Below, piece by piece: positions 54,586-64,000 of a DNA stretch of 64,000 bases. Each line of letters opens with the position of its first letter. Position 1 is the first letter of the stretch. Both the position numbers and the translations under genes were made by a program. The stretch is from assembly GCA_023205875.1 (NCBI GenBank), contig CP060756.1:1178001-1242000 (forward strand), read 5' to 3'. The stretch is from Chloropicon primus. Taxonomy: Eukaryota. The notes beneath the pieces are model-generated. The model was not told the DNA's origin. It did not search any database and saw nothing but the letters and a program-made list of their open reading frames with translations.

Positions 54586-55662
54586 ATGCTCGAGTCACAG
54601 GAGGTAGAGGAGAAGCTGAACAGGCTGTTCAAAACCCTGGAACAGAAGTTCAACAAGTTGGACCGCCTGGAGAGCTCGGAGGATAAGAGGGCGCTCCTGG
54701 ACGAGGCCCAAGATGGGATTGCCGAGTGCAAGAAGTGAGTATATACCCGCACCTCGATTCGGCAGACCTCACTGACCAAGGTTCGTTTCCAACTCCAACA
54801 CTATTTCGCGTGCTTTGCTCGTCAATTGCCTTGTTTCAGGCTTCTGAGGGAGTTCGAGAGGGAGGCCCGACTCGAGGACATGGCGCCAGAGATACTGTCG
54901 CAGCGAAAGGCGGGACTGGTACGTTTCCCACGAACACAAAACCCACGACCCGCGAAAAGCCGTTGCCTTTGGGGCGGAGATCTCATCCCGAAGCGCCCGC
55001 CACGGAACTGACATGCTCTTCTTCGCGCGCCTTGTCTCCCCCACACCACACACACCACACACACCACACACACGCGGCGTCGACAGGTCAAGGAGATCCA
55101 AACCTTCGTTGGCCTGAAGAAGCTTGCCACGTCGCAGCTCAACAGGATCAGGAGCCAGCCCTCCTCGTCCTCCGGGGCGAACCCCTTCGACGTCGAGTCC
55201 GGCGCAGGGGGCTCCGCGATCGACAACTCCGTCAACCCCATGAGGGGGAAGAACCTGACGAACAACGAGCTCATCCAGAAGGGAAGGAAGATGATGGACG
55301 AGACGGACGACTCCCTGATGAGGAGCGTGAGGGTGCTGGAGCAGACCAAGCAAGTCGGCATCGACACGGCCGCCGCGCTGCAGGAGCAGACGGCCACCGC
55401 GGAGAGGATCGTGAACAAGCTGGACGAGATAGAGTTCACCCTTAAGAAGTCCGGCATGCTGATCAGGCACCTCACGAGGTCGGTCGCCACGGACAAGTGC
55501 TTCCAGTTCCTGATCGGACTCATCGGCGTCGGCGTCATCGTCATCGTGATTCTCAACGTCATGGGGAAGGACAAGGGGGCCGTCCAGCTTCCGGGGGAGG
55601 AGGGCGCCAGCCCCGCCGCCGCCGATGCAAGGAGGTTCCTCCAAACCCACTACTTCTTGTAA
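54586..55662 (+). CDS. NPSN: Novel plant SNARE (NPSN)-like; exons 54586-54734, 54840-54918, 55087-55662
   Basis: ECKKLLREFEREAR, GRKMMDETD, VGIDTAAALQEQT, RSVATDKC + TM. Confidence 0.9.
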
Positions 55663-56154
55663 TCCTAGTCTAATCTCGCACGAAGAAGAAGAAGAAGAGG
55701 AAGGGAAGCGATCGGCTTTTCTTCGATCGATCACCAGCTGGGGAGCTGGGGGGCTGGCCAAGAACGCCCGGAGACCGCGTTCGTTCGCTCTTGGCCAAAG
55801 CAAGGCCAAGTCCTCCGAACATTAAACCAAATTGGTTTTTCGCTCCTTTCGCAGAAGAATAGATTTCGCGAGGAGAGAGAACCCGACGGATCACGGGCCG
55901 CAAGCGCACACAAGAGCGGCGGGCGTTACGTGTTGGGTGCCCTTTTCCGAACGGGGGAGAGTGATCAGGCGGGGCTGGGGCGATTCACTCGCTTCGTCTC
56001 CGGTGATCCGAGAGCGCGGAAACCTCTCGCGTTCGCGCGACGGGGGTTTGCTCGAGAGTTTGGCCCAAGGAGAGGGCGATCAAGGGAAGGCTTGCGTGGA
56101 GGGGGGGTTGGTGCTCGGCGCGTGAGGAGAGTCTCGGGGACGGCGAGCGAGGGG

Positions 56155-57812
56155 ATGAGCAGCGCGGACGTCCAGACGGGCGAGGACTACCCGGACTGGC
56201 TCATGATGATGGGGGACGAGTCTCCCGCGCGTCTCGCGGGGTCGACCGACGATGATGGGGCCGCCGCGGTCGCGCCAGAGGCCTCGGGAGTGGAGGCCGA
56301 CGACGGGGATCGGGGACCGCCGCGCCTCGTGCGGGTTCAGGTCACGAAGGCCACCGCGGAGCAGGTAAGTCGCTTTCGCTCTCCACCCCCGGCCCGTGCT
56401 TTTTGGTACTGATGCAAAACGAAACGTCTTTTCATGCGTTACGACGACGATATTGGCTTGGTTGTGTGTCTGCGTGCGTGCGTGCGTGCGGCCCTCGCCC
56501 CCGGTGCGAGCAGGAGACGAGGATCATCGAGAGGTACGAGGCGATGCTCTCGAAGAGGGAAGACGACGAGTTCAGGACGAACGGAACCGTCATACCGGGT
56601 GGCCCTCGCGATCACGGCGGAATGAAATGCAGCGAGTGCGGGACCGAAAAAACGCCGTTGTGGAGGACCGTGGGGAGAGATGTTTTATGCGTAAGTACGC
56701 CGCGGGGAGCGGCTCTCGGTCCTTTGGCTTTGTTCTGACGCTTGCCCTTTTCCTTGAACGCTTCCACGTATCGTGTCGTTTCACAGAACGCGTGCGGGCT
56801 GAGGAAAGTGAGATCGAAGAAGGTCAGCAAGAAGAAGGTGGGGGCGAAGAAGAAGGCGGGGGGCGTCTCGGCCAGGAGGAAACCTCGAAAGTCCAAGCCG
56901 AGGTCGACGATGCCGGAGGGGAACTTTGCGGGATTCGACCTGGACGCCTCCGCGGGGAACGGAAGAAGGCGGGGCAAGAGAAAGCGGAAGGAGAGTGTTT
57001 GGCTGCAGAACGACGGAATTTACGCCAATCCCAACGAGAAGGAGAAGGCGGTGGAGCGGCCCATCAAGAAGCTCAGTCGGTTGGAGGAAGACAAAGTCGT
57101 GGAGGAGGTTTGCGAGGCCCTCGCGTCGATCCAACACGGCCCTCCCGCCGCCCCAAGGGACGCCGAGGAGGAGGAGCTCTCCGACGGGGAGTTGGATCTT
57201 ATCATGAAGTTGCACGAGGTCTACGGGCCGTACAAGGACTCCCTGCTGGGAGCCACTGCGAGGCGGGTGGAGTCCGGAGTGCTCGTGATGGCCATTCTGA
57301 TACGGGCGGCCATGGGCATGAGCAAGGGAGGCCACATCACGCAACAAGAAAAGTTGTGGCTCCTGGACAAGATTTCAACGGAGGAAGAGACGTACCTCAA
57401 GTCGCTGCCGATCGCAGCTGGCAACTACAAGGCCCTGGAGGAGCTCTTGATCTGCTACGTCAAGTTGGGAAATCATGAAATGAAGAAAAGGCGGGAGGCG
57501 GATAGGGAGGCTCCCGCGGATAGGGAGGCTCCCGCGGAGCGGCGCCTGGAACCCGCCGGGGCAATCGACCAGCAAAAGGCCAAGCCCCCTCCCCCGCTCC
57601 AAGTTCCGCCTCCAGGAGAAGGGATTCCTTTGCAGCAGCAGAATGCCACCAGTCAGCAAGGAGCGGATCAGGGCATCCAGAAACTCGATTCCCCCTCCTT
57701 GCTGCTTCTCCCCGCGAAAAACGGTCCGCAACAACCCACAAATGACTTCGCTTCCAAGCTGATTCACACCCCGGTGCTGCAACCACCACCGAGGCCAGCG
57801 GCACCCTTCTAG
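56155..57812 (+). CDS. GATA-type zinc-finger transcription factor; exons 56155-56364, 56514-56690, 56787-57812
   Basis: Spliced CSECGTEKTPLWRTVGRDVLC|NACGLRK plus basic region. Confidence 0.88.
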
Positions 57813-58109
57813 CCTAGAAGTTCTAGGCATTCATTGTAATCCACATCGAGCACACCACAAACTGAGCACCGTTTCTATACTATTTTCTTCCGTCTCAGCG
57901 ATAGCGATTCTCTTACCCCTTTGACCCTGAGTGCGGTGTGCACGGCCGCCTCGAGGAACTCGCAGACGATATCGCTCGTACTCGCTTCGCCACCACCCGC
58001 CTCCCCGGTGCCCCCCCCTTCTCGCATCGTCCTCGATCGCATTCTCAGCAAAAAACTGAGAGACGGACGGACCGAAGAGCGCGGGGGTTGCGTGGCGGGC
58101 GCGACCATC

Positions 58110-60177
58110 ATGACGACGTTGAAGAATGACTCCGGTGCGAGTGACCTGGACTGGGTGGTCATCCAGTACTTGCATAAGAACTCATGCTTTGACGCGGAGA
58201 AGTCCTTCCTGAAGCACCTGGCGACGAAGCAGGGCGTCGATGTTATTCCCCCGAAGCAGGTGCTTCAGGACGACTACCTCAAGTACTTGGTTATGAGCAA
58301 GCTGTTTCCGGAGAGCGTGGACGGGGTGAGGAACTACACGATGAGCTACCAGGAGCTCTACAAGTTCGTCACCGGGCTCATCGACATTTACAGGGTAAGT
58401 AGAACACGACGAGAGGAGAGGGTAGGCAAGGGTGGCCGATCAGTCTCTTTAGACTGCTGCAGTCCAAGAGGGCGAGCGCTGAACGACGTTTCTTTCCCCG
58501 TCTACGCCTTTCTTGCCCTCGGCGCGCGCTCAACAGGAGGACCTGCAACGCTTGCTGTATCCGATTTTCATATACTGTCTCCTGGATCTGATCTATTTGC
58601 AGAAGACGGTGGAGTTCAAAGACTTTTTCGACACGAACTGCAGCTTGATAGAGGAGCTCGCTGTTCCAGGGCGAGTGGAGGAGCTCGACCAGCTGCGGAA
58701 GCTGAGGTCGGAGCAGGACATAGATCACAACCCGGTGGCGAGCAAGTTCTGGCACTCGCGGGCAGCGGTCGGGCTCAGCGAGCAGTCCTTCGACCTTCTC
58801 ACGCGCTTCCTGCATGATCACAAGCACTACAACATCCTTCGCATCCTGCACGAGAGGCTGAACATCGAGTTCTACCCGGGAATCCCCGTGAAGACCAAGT
58901 TGGAGCCCATCTCCATAGAGGACGCGATTCCGATGAGCATAAAGGAGGAGGCGACCGCGGCAAACACGGAGGTGATTCAGCTTGGTCTCCTGCCGGATAC
59001 GTTGGAGGACAAGGTGGTGATGACGGCGGAAGATATGGAGAAAGCGACGAAGGAGGACAAGGAGGGGATCAAGGAGTCTTCCTCGTCGAAGAAGACGAAG
59101 AGGACAAAGATGCTGTTTCTCGGAAACGACAAGAGAATAAAAAAGGCGATACCCCTGGCCACTTGGGCCGATGAGATCGCGGATAAGTTCAAGAGGGACA
59201 TCTCGAACAGGGAGAGGCTCAACAGGGAGAGGCTGCCTTCGATATGCTGTGCCACCTTTCTGAACACCCATAGGATGACAACAGCCTGCCACATGCTGGC
59301 CAACGAGGTGGACATTGCCGCGGGGTTCGGAGACTCCTCTATTCAGTTGCGCTCTCTGAAGCCTTCGGAAGGGGAGGACGACGTGGACGGAATGGAGGAA
59401 GATGACGAGGACTTGGGAAACGCGACCGTCCCTCCGGGCCAGGCCGTGGAACTTCTTGGCCATTCCGGGCCCATCACCGCCCTTTCCTCGAGCTTGGACG
59501 AGACCTTCTTGTTGAGCGCTTCTTGCGACGCTTCTGTCAGGCTGTGGAGCCTGGAGCTGAAGAGGTGCCTGGTGAGCTTCAAGAGCCACAGCGGCCCAGT
59601 GTGGGATGTTGCGGTCTGCCCACGGAGCCCCTACTTTGCCACCGGCGGTTGGGATGGGACGGCGAGAGTGTGGTCCACGGAGCACAGCAAACCCTTGCGG
59701 CTGCTCGTCGGTCACATGTCTGACGTGGACTCCGTGGCTTGGCACCCGAATGCCCACTACGTCGCCACAGGATCGAGCGACTGCACCGTGAGGCTGTGGG
59801 ACGTCGCCACCGGTAAAGCCGTTCGTGTTCTAACGGGAGGGCACAAGCACAAAGTCAGCAGCGTCGCAGTTTCCCCAAACGGAAAGCTGGCGGCCTCCGG
59901 CGCAGTGGACGGGTCCGTTGCCGTCTGGGATTTGGGCGAGTCGAAGCTCCTGGGCCAGTTCTCCACCGGGGGCTCCATCTGGAGCCTGGATTTCGATCGT
60001 TACGGCAGCATGCTCGCTTCGGGTGACGCCAACGGTGTCGTGGGGTTGTGGGACGCCGGGTCCGCCATTCCTTCCCCTTTGGCCTCCTACGAAACAAAGG
60101 ACACGCCTGTATACAATGTACATTTTAGTCGAACGAACCTGCTATTTGCCATGGCGGAGTTCAGTAACAACCCTTAA
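58110..60177 (+). CDS. TAF5: TFIID subunit TAF5; exons 58110-58394, 58537-60177
   Basis: LisH-like N-terminus, NTD2 (LLYPIFIYC), LPSICCATFLN, WD40 with GHMSDVD..WHPNAHYVATGSSD. Confidence 0.92.
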
Positions 60178-60341
60178 GATTAGGCCGCTCCTCTGTAACT
60201 TTAGACACTTGTCCTCAGTTTTCCTGCCCCGGCAGCTGTTACAGGGCCCGCTCTTCCACTCACTCCCTAGTTTGATCATTTTCAGTAAGCCGGGGGGCCC
60301 GGAGAAACGACGGGAGGGAAGGAGCGGGTCTGGGGATACCG

Positions 60342-61352
60342 ATGTACGGCCTGAAGTATTCGGCGAGGTGTGCGACGTCCGTCGCGGCCTGCCGCGATGC
60401 GTCCAAGTGGCTTGTCGCGACAACGGCGCTGAGGGAGGAGAATGAGGTTCACATCATAGAGCAGGAAGAGGAGGCTTCGGACCACATCTCTTGCAAGGGG
60501 GTCTTCAGCCACCGTGGGGAAGTTTGGGATATAGCTGCCTCGCCGGCGGACGAGAAGCTGTTCTTCACGGTGTACCTCGACGGCCAGTCGCAGGAGGCCG
60601 CGCTCTGGGAAGCGGTCGACGGGAAGCTCGAGCCTAAGTTCTCAAGCAAGGGAAAGCAGAAGAACGTGAGGAAAGTGGTCTGGAGTCCGGACACGGCCTC
60701 GGACCTGGTGGCGCTGGGGTCGGCCGACGCGCTGAAATTGTGGAACCTCTCGCGGGACGGCGGCGCGGTGTCCTCCGCCACGGGCGCCGGGGAGCTCGAG
60801 AACGTCGGTGCGGTGTCCTGGAACCACCTCAACCACAACTTGCTGTGCGTGTCCTGCTCCGACTCCCTGCAGTGCCTCGACCTGCGTAGCATGAGCCAGA
60901 CGATCACCGTCGAGAAGGCTCACGAGATGGGCGTGAGGGACGTGGACTTCAGCAAGACGAACCAGAACCTGCTGGCGAGTGCGGGAGATGACTGCCATAT
61001 GTGTGTCTGGGACCTGCGAAAGGCGCAGAGCCCCGTCGTGAAGGTGTCGAACCACTCGCACTGGGTGTGGCAAGCGAAGTTCAATCCTTACCACGAGGCT
61101 CTCGTGGTGACAAGCAGCAGCGACTCTCTGGTCCAGCTGTGGCACCTCACCGAGGACGAGGAGGAGGGCAGGGGCAACGAGATCAAGTCCTCTGCGGAGC
61201 TGAAGCCTCACACTTTCGAGGAGCACGAGGACAGCGTGTACAGCGTGTCGTGGAGCACGGGGGATCCCTGGACGTTCCTGTCGCTCTCATACGACGGGAG
61301 AGTCATGTGCAACCAAGTGCCGAGCTCGGTCAAGTACAAGATCCTGCTGTAA
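60342..61352 (+). CDS. EIPR1: WD40 protein, EIPR1/TSSC1 (DWA2) family
   Basis: YGLKYSAR, HSHWVW, EEHEDSVYSVSWS.DPW.F.SLSYDGRV, KYKILL end. Confidence 0.9.
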   Translation: MYGLKYSARCATSVAACRDASKWLVATTALREENEVHIIEQEEEASDHISCKGVFSHRGEVWDIAASPADEKLFFTVYLDGQSQEAALWEAVDGKLEPKFSSKGKQKNVRKVVWSPDTASDLVALGSADALKLWNLSRDGGAVSSATGAGELENVGAVSWNHLNHNLLCVSCSDSLQCLDLRSMSQTITVEKAHEMGVRDVDFSKTNQNLLASAGDDCHMCVWDLRKAQSPVVKVSNHSHWVWQAKFNPYHEALVVTSSSDSLVQLWHLTEDEEEGRGNEIKSSAELKPHTFEEHEDSVYSVSWSTGDPWTFLSLSYDGRVMCNQVPSSVKYKILL

Positions 61353-61479
61353 CGAACTCGCGATGTACCACCATCGTCGCGTTCTCCACTTATTAATATT
61401 CTTTTACAGAGACGCGCTGAAAGCTTATTCCGGACTCTTCTCGCCCACTCGCCGGCCTCTCAGGCTTCCTCCTGGAACT

Positions 61480-62031
61480 CTAAAATCTTTGTCTCTTCTC
61501 AGGACTGCTCCTGTTGACGTTCCCAGCCTTGCTCGAGCCCAAGAGCGAGAGCACAACGTCCACGTTAGCGTCCTGGTCCTCCACCGTGTCGCTCTTCAGC
61601 ACCTTGAGAATCTCTTCCTTGTAGCTCTCCCTCGCCTCCTCTACTATGACGTGCATGATCTCGCACTCGATGTTCTCCTGCAGCTTCCTGCCCTTGTAGC
61701 CCCGCTGCTCCAGCCTGTTGTACAATATCCCGTTCTCCGTCTGCAGCACCACGACGTGGTCGAACCACCTCTCCGGGAAGAAATCGCATCCGTGGTGGTC
61801 CACGATGTTCCCTCCCTTCGACATGCGCTCCTCCAGGAAGTCGCAAACCTTGTCCTCATTCAGGATATAGCACTCCAAGTCCGCGTCCCAACCGTCGTGC
61901 AGGTTATGGTCTTTCACGAATCGTCCTATCTCGATGTGGCTGTACCCCGTCTGTTCCGCCAGGATGGACGCTAGCGACGTCTTCCCGGTACCAGGCGTAC
62001 CCGTTATCAGGACGTTACCCTTGTCAGTCAT
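61480..62031 (-). CDS. AK6: Adenylate kinase 6 (Fap7/hCINAP)
   Basis: NVLITGTPGTGKT, DHHGCDFFPERWFD, ENIECEI. Confidence 0.95.
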   Translation of the reverse strand: MTDKGNVLITGTPGTGKTSLASILAEQTGYSHIEIGRFVKDHNLHDGWDADLECYILNEDKVCDFLEERMSKGGNIVDHHGCDFFPERWFDHVVVLQTENGILYNRLEQRGYKGRKLQENIECEIMHVIVEEARESYKEEILKVLKSDTVEDQDANVDVVLSLLGSSKAGNVNRSSPEKRQRF

Positions 62032-62366
62032 CCTCACAACTCACACACACCTTCACACCTTCACACCTCAAAAGTCTCTCCCGACGCCAAGAGCCTCCAG
62101 AGCTTCTTCCGAGGAGCGGTACGCGTACACTCCCGCCAACTCGAGTGTAAAGTTTATCCGTTGAGGGGAAAAAAACCCGGAAAGGAACGAGGGCGAGGTT
62201 TACAGACTTTTTGGTTCGAGTCGAGCTACCACGAGCGAAGGACGTGACGTGTTCTCTCTCGCTTTCGCTCGCTCTACGACGGGGTCGGACGAGAACGCTG
62301 AGGTATCTACTGGGAAAAGTGGACGACGTCGCATTGGTGACATTGGTCCTGGTCGGTCGGTCGGGG

Positions 62367-62921
62367 ATGATGAAACCCATGGAAGGTGTCGAGAAGAGTG
62401 GGAAGAGGAGGAGGTTGGAGGAGAACTGTGAAGCGGAAGAGGAGGTGGGGACGAGCGAGGAGGAGACCCGCGAGTTTGAGGTTGACGTGCTCCCGGAGGA
62501 GATACTCCTCCTTATAGTGAACCACCTCGACGGGAGGGACCTGGCCAGGCTGACCACGACTTGCAAGACGTGGGCCGAGGTCGTGAGCGAGGAGTCGCTC
62601 TGGAGGGCTGTCGCGAACAAGCACCGCAGCTGGGAGGGCGCGATATCGAAGACTCGCTTGAACAGACCAAATCTTTCCTGGAAGCAGACCTATGTGAACC
62701 TCTTCTGCCTGGAGAACGGCATGTGCAACCACTGCTTCAAGCGTTCCCCAATCACACACATCTGCAGGGAAAAGATCGAGGAGGAGCTCAGCAACCCGAT
62801 CAACAACTTGCCCCTGTGTCGCTTCTTCCCGGGGCTGCACCAGCACTACAGCAGAATGCAACACGGGGACGAGAGAGCTGGGGGCGTCAGAGCCATCAAG
62901 GTGGAGGGAGCCGCGTCGTAG
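62367..62921 (+). CDS. F-box protein
   Basis: LPEEILLLIVNHLDGRDLARLTTTCKTW...LWR. Confidence 0.85.
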   Translation: MMKPMEGVEKSGKRRRLEENCEAEEEVGTSEEETREFEVDVLPEEILLLIVNHLDGRDLARLTTTCKTWAEVVSEESLWRAVANKHRSWEGAISKTRLNRPNLSWKQTYVNLFCLENGMCNHCFKRSPITHICREKIEEELSNPINNLPLCRFFPGLHQHYSRMQHGDERAGGVRAIKVEGAAS

Positions 62922-62962
62922 AGATCGGATTCGTTGTTTTAACTGTAACTGTATGTAACGTC

Positions 62963-64000
62963 TCAAAGTATTTTATTTCTCATGTCCTCTAGCTTCTTCA
63001 TGACTTCGCCAGGAGATCTGTCCAGCTCCTCAGCGATGCGAGACTGCAGCTCTTTCGAGATCTGAGAGTACTGCTCGCAAAAGCCTCCGTCGATCACGTT
63101 CCTGACCGGGTTGTATGAGGATCTGTAGCTGAGGTGGTCCCTGCCGCACAGAGGTTGGTTGTCCTGCCTCAGGTGCATCTCCAGGTGAGAGAAGAAGTCA
63201 ACGTCCTCCTTGGACGTCAGGGGCACGAGAGCCCCAATCTCGCCCAGGATTGTCATGTACAGCACGATCTCCTTCCCGCCGGGCTGCATGGTGGTCCTCT
63301 GAATTGCTGTCACCGTGTCGCCGAGATGGAAGCTGCACACCGATTCTAGCTTGTGGGGCGCAGAATGCAGAGCGGAGCTGCTGTTGTCCATCGCTCGGCC
63401 TCCCGTGGGATCGTCCTCAACCTCCTTTGAGACGTCCTTGGGGAGCCTGCAGACAAAGATGTTGCCGAACTTGTCCCCTCCAAGGACCGTGTTGTAGTCG
63501 AGGACCGCACTTGCCGTCATGTATCTTGGTATGGTGTCGTCCGCGTAAATATGAATGAGATTATCCTCCCACCTGTACCGACAAAAGTGGACGCTCTCCT
63601 GGGCGTCTCCACAGTAAATTCGGTCGCCCGCCGTGTCTATTGTCACGATGAAGTTGGGAAATTTTCGATTCTCCGACTTCTTCAGCAGCTGCTTCTTCCC
63701 GAGTTCGTACAGAGTAAGTGCGTTCCCCACGCCCACCAGCAGTCTGCCCTGGAAGGGCTTCATCGCCCGAACTATTCCCCTAACCGAAGTAGAGTGGAGG
63801 AGCTCGAGGCCTTTTTCCTTGTCCTTGAACGTGTACAGCCTAATCTCCCCCCCGCTACAGCCCCGGGGCTGGAGTTTTATGTCCAAGGCAGTGGCCACGG
63901 CCAGTATATCTGCTTCTTGCCCTTCGAAGCGCACCCAAGCCATGCAGGTGACGGCGTAGTTCCCTTCCAATTCCAGCTGGCTGGACACGGAGAGTGACGT
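62963..64000 (-). CDS. SF3B3: Splicing factor 3B subunit 3 (SAP130/RSE1), 3' part
   Basis: FQGRLLVGVG, GDKFGN, FFSHLEMHLR, LCGRDHLSYRS, PGEVMKKLEDMRNKI. Confidence 0.96.
   Translation of the reverse strand, partial: TSLSVSSQLELEGNYAVTCMAWVRFEGQEADILAVATALDIKLQPRGCSGGEIRLYTFKDKEKGLELLHSTSVRGIVRAMKPFQGRLLVGVGNALTLYELGKKQLLKKSENRKFPNFIVTIDTAGDRIYCGDAQESVHFCRYRWEDNLIHIYADDTIPRYMTASAVLDYNTVLGGDKFGNIFVCRLPKDVSKEVEDDPTGGRAMDNSSSALHSAPHKLESVCSFHLGDTVTAIQRTTMQPGGKEIVLYMTILGEIGALVPLTSKEDVDFFSHLEMHLRQDNQPLCGRDHLSYRSSYNPVRNVIDGGFCEQYSQISKELQSRIAEELDRSPGEVMKKLEDMRNKIL

Noticed and set aside
60177..60342. TAF5 and EIPR1 as a bicistron (164-nt gap)
   Set aside because: A TGTAA signal at 60194 suggests TAF5 terminates independently

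Overview
Eukaryotic nuclear DNA from a very compact, GC-rich green-algal genome. Evidence: short GT-AG introns with CTGAC/CTAAC-type branch points, TGTAA poly(A) signals, and plant/algal genes (nuclear CHLI, NPSN, organellar oligopeptidase, 6-kDa mitochondrial ATP synthase subunit). A Chloropicon-like prasinophyte is my inference, not proven. About 40 protein genes, mostly housekeeping: adenosine kinase, GLG1, cationic amino-acid transporter, TRAPPC2, two PDIs, DCP2, RIB72/EFHC1, RAPTOR, RPN7, sterol C5-desaturase, VTI1, TAF5, EIPR1/TSSC1, AK6, SF3B3. Several spliced small genes are missing or fragmented in the ORF track. Most notable: (1) a tandem trio of proteins with putatively acylated N-termini at 41.6-45.7 kb, two carrying animal-type FABP/iLBP-like domains and one of those fused to a chalcone-isomerase-fold fatty-acid-binding domain; (2) a COA4-like and a LYR-motif ORF only 4 nt apart, a candidate bicistron; (3) two box C/D snoRNA candidates in the oligopeptidase introns; (4) several unexplained palindromes and structured intergenic segments. 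No CRISPR array, tRNA, rRNA or clear transposon was seen. Family calls come from motif recognition without database searches.
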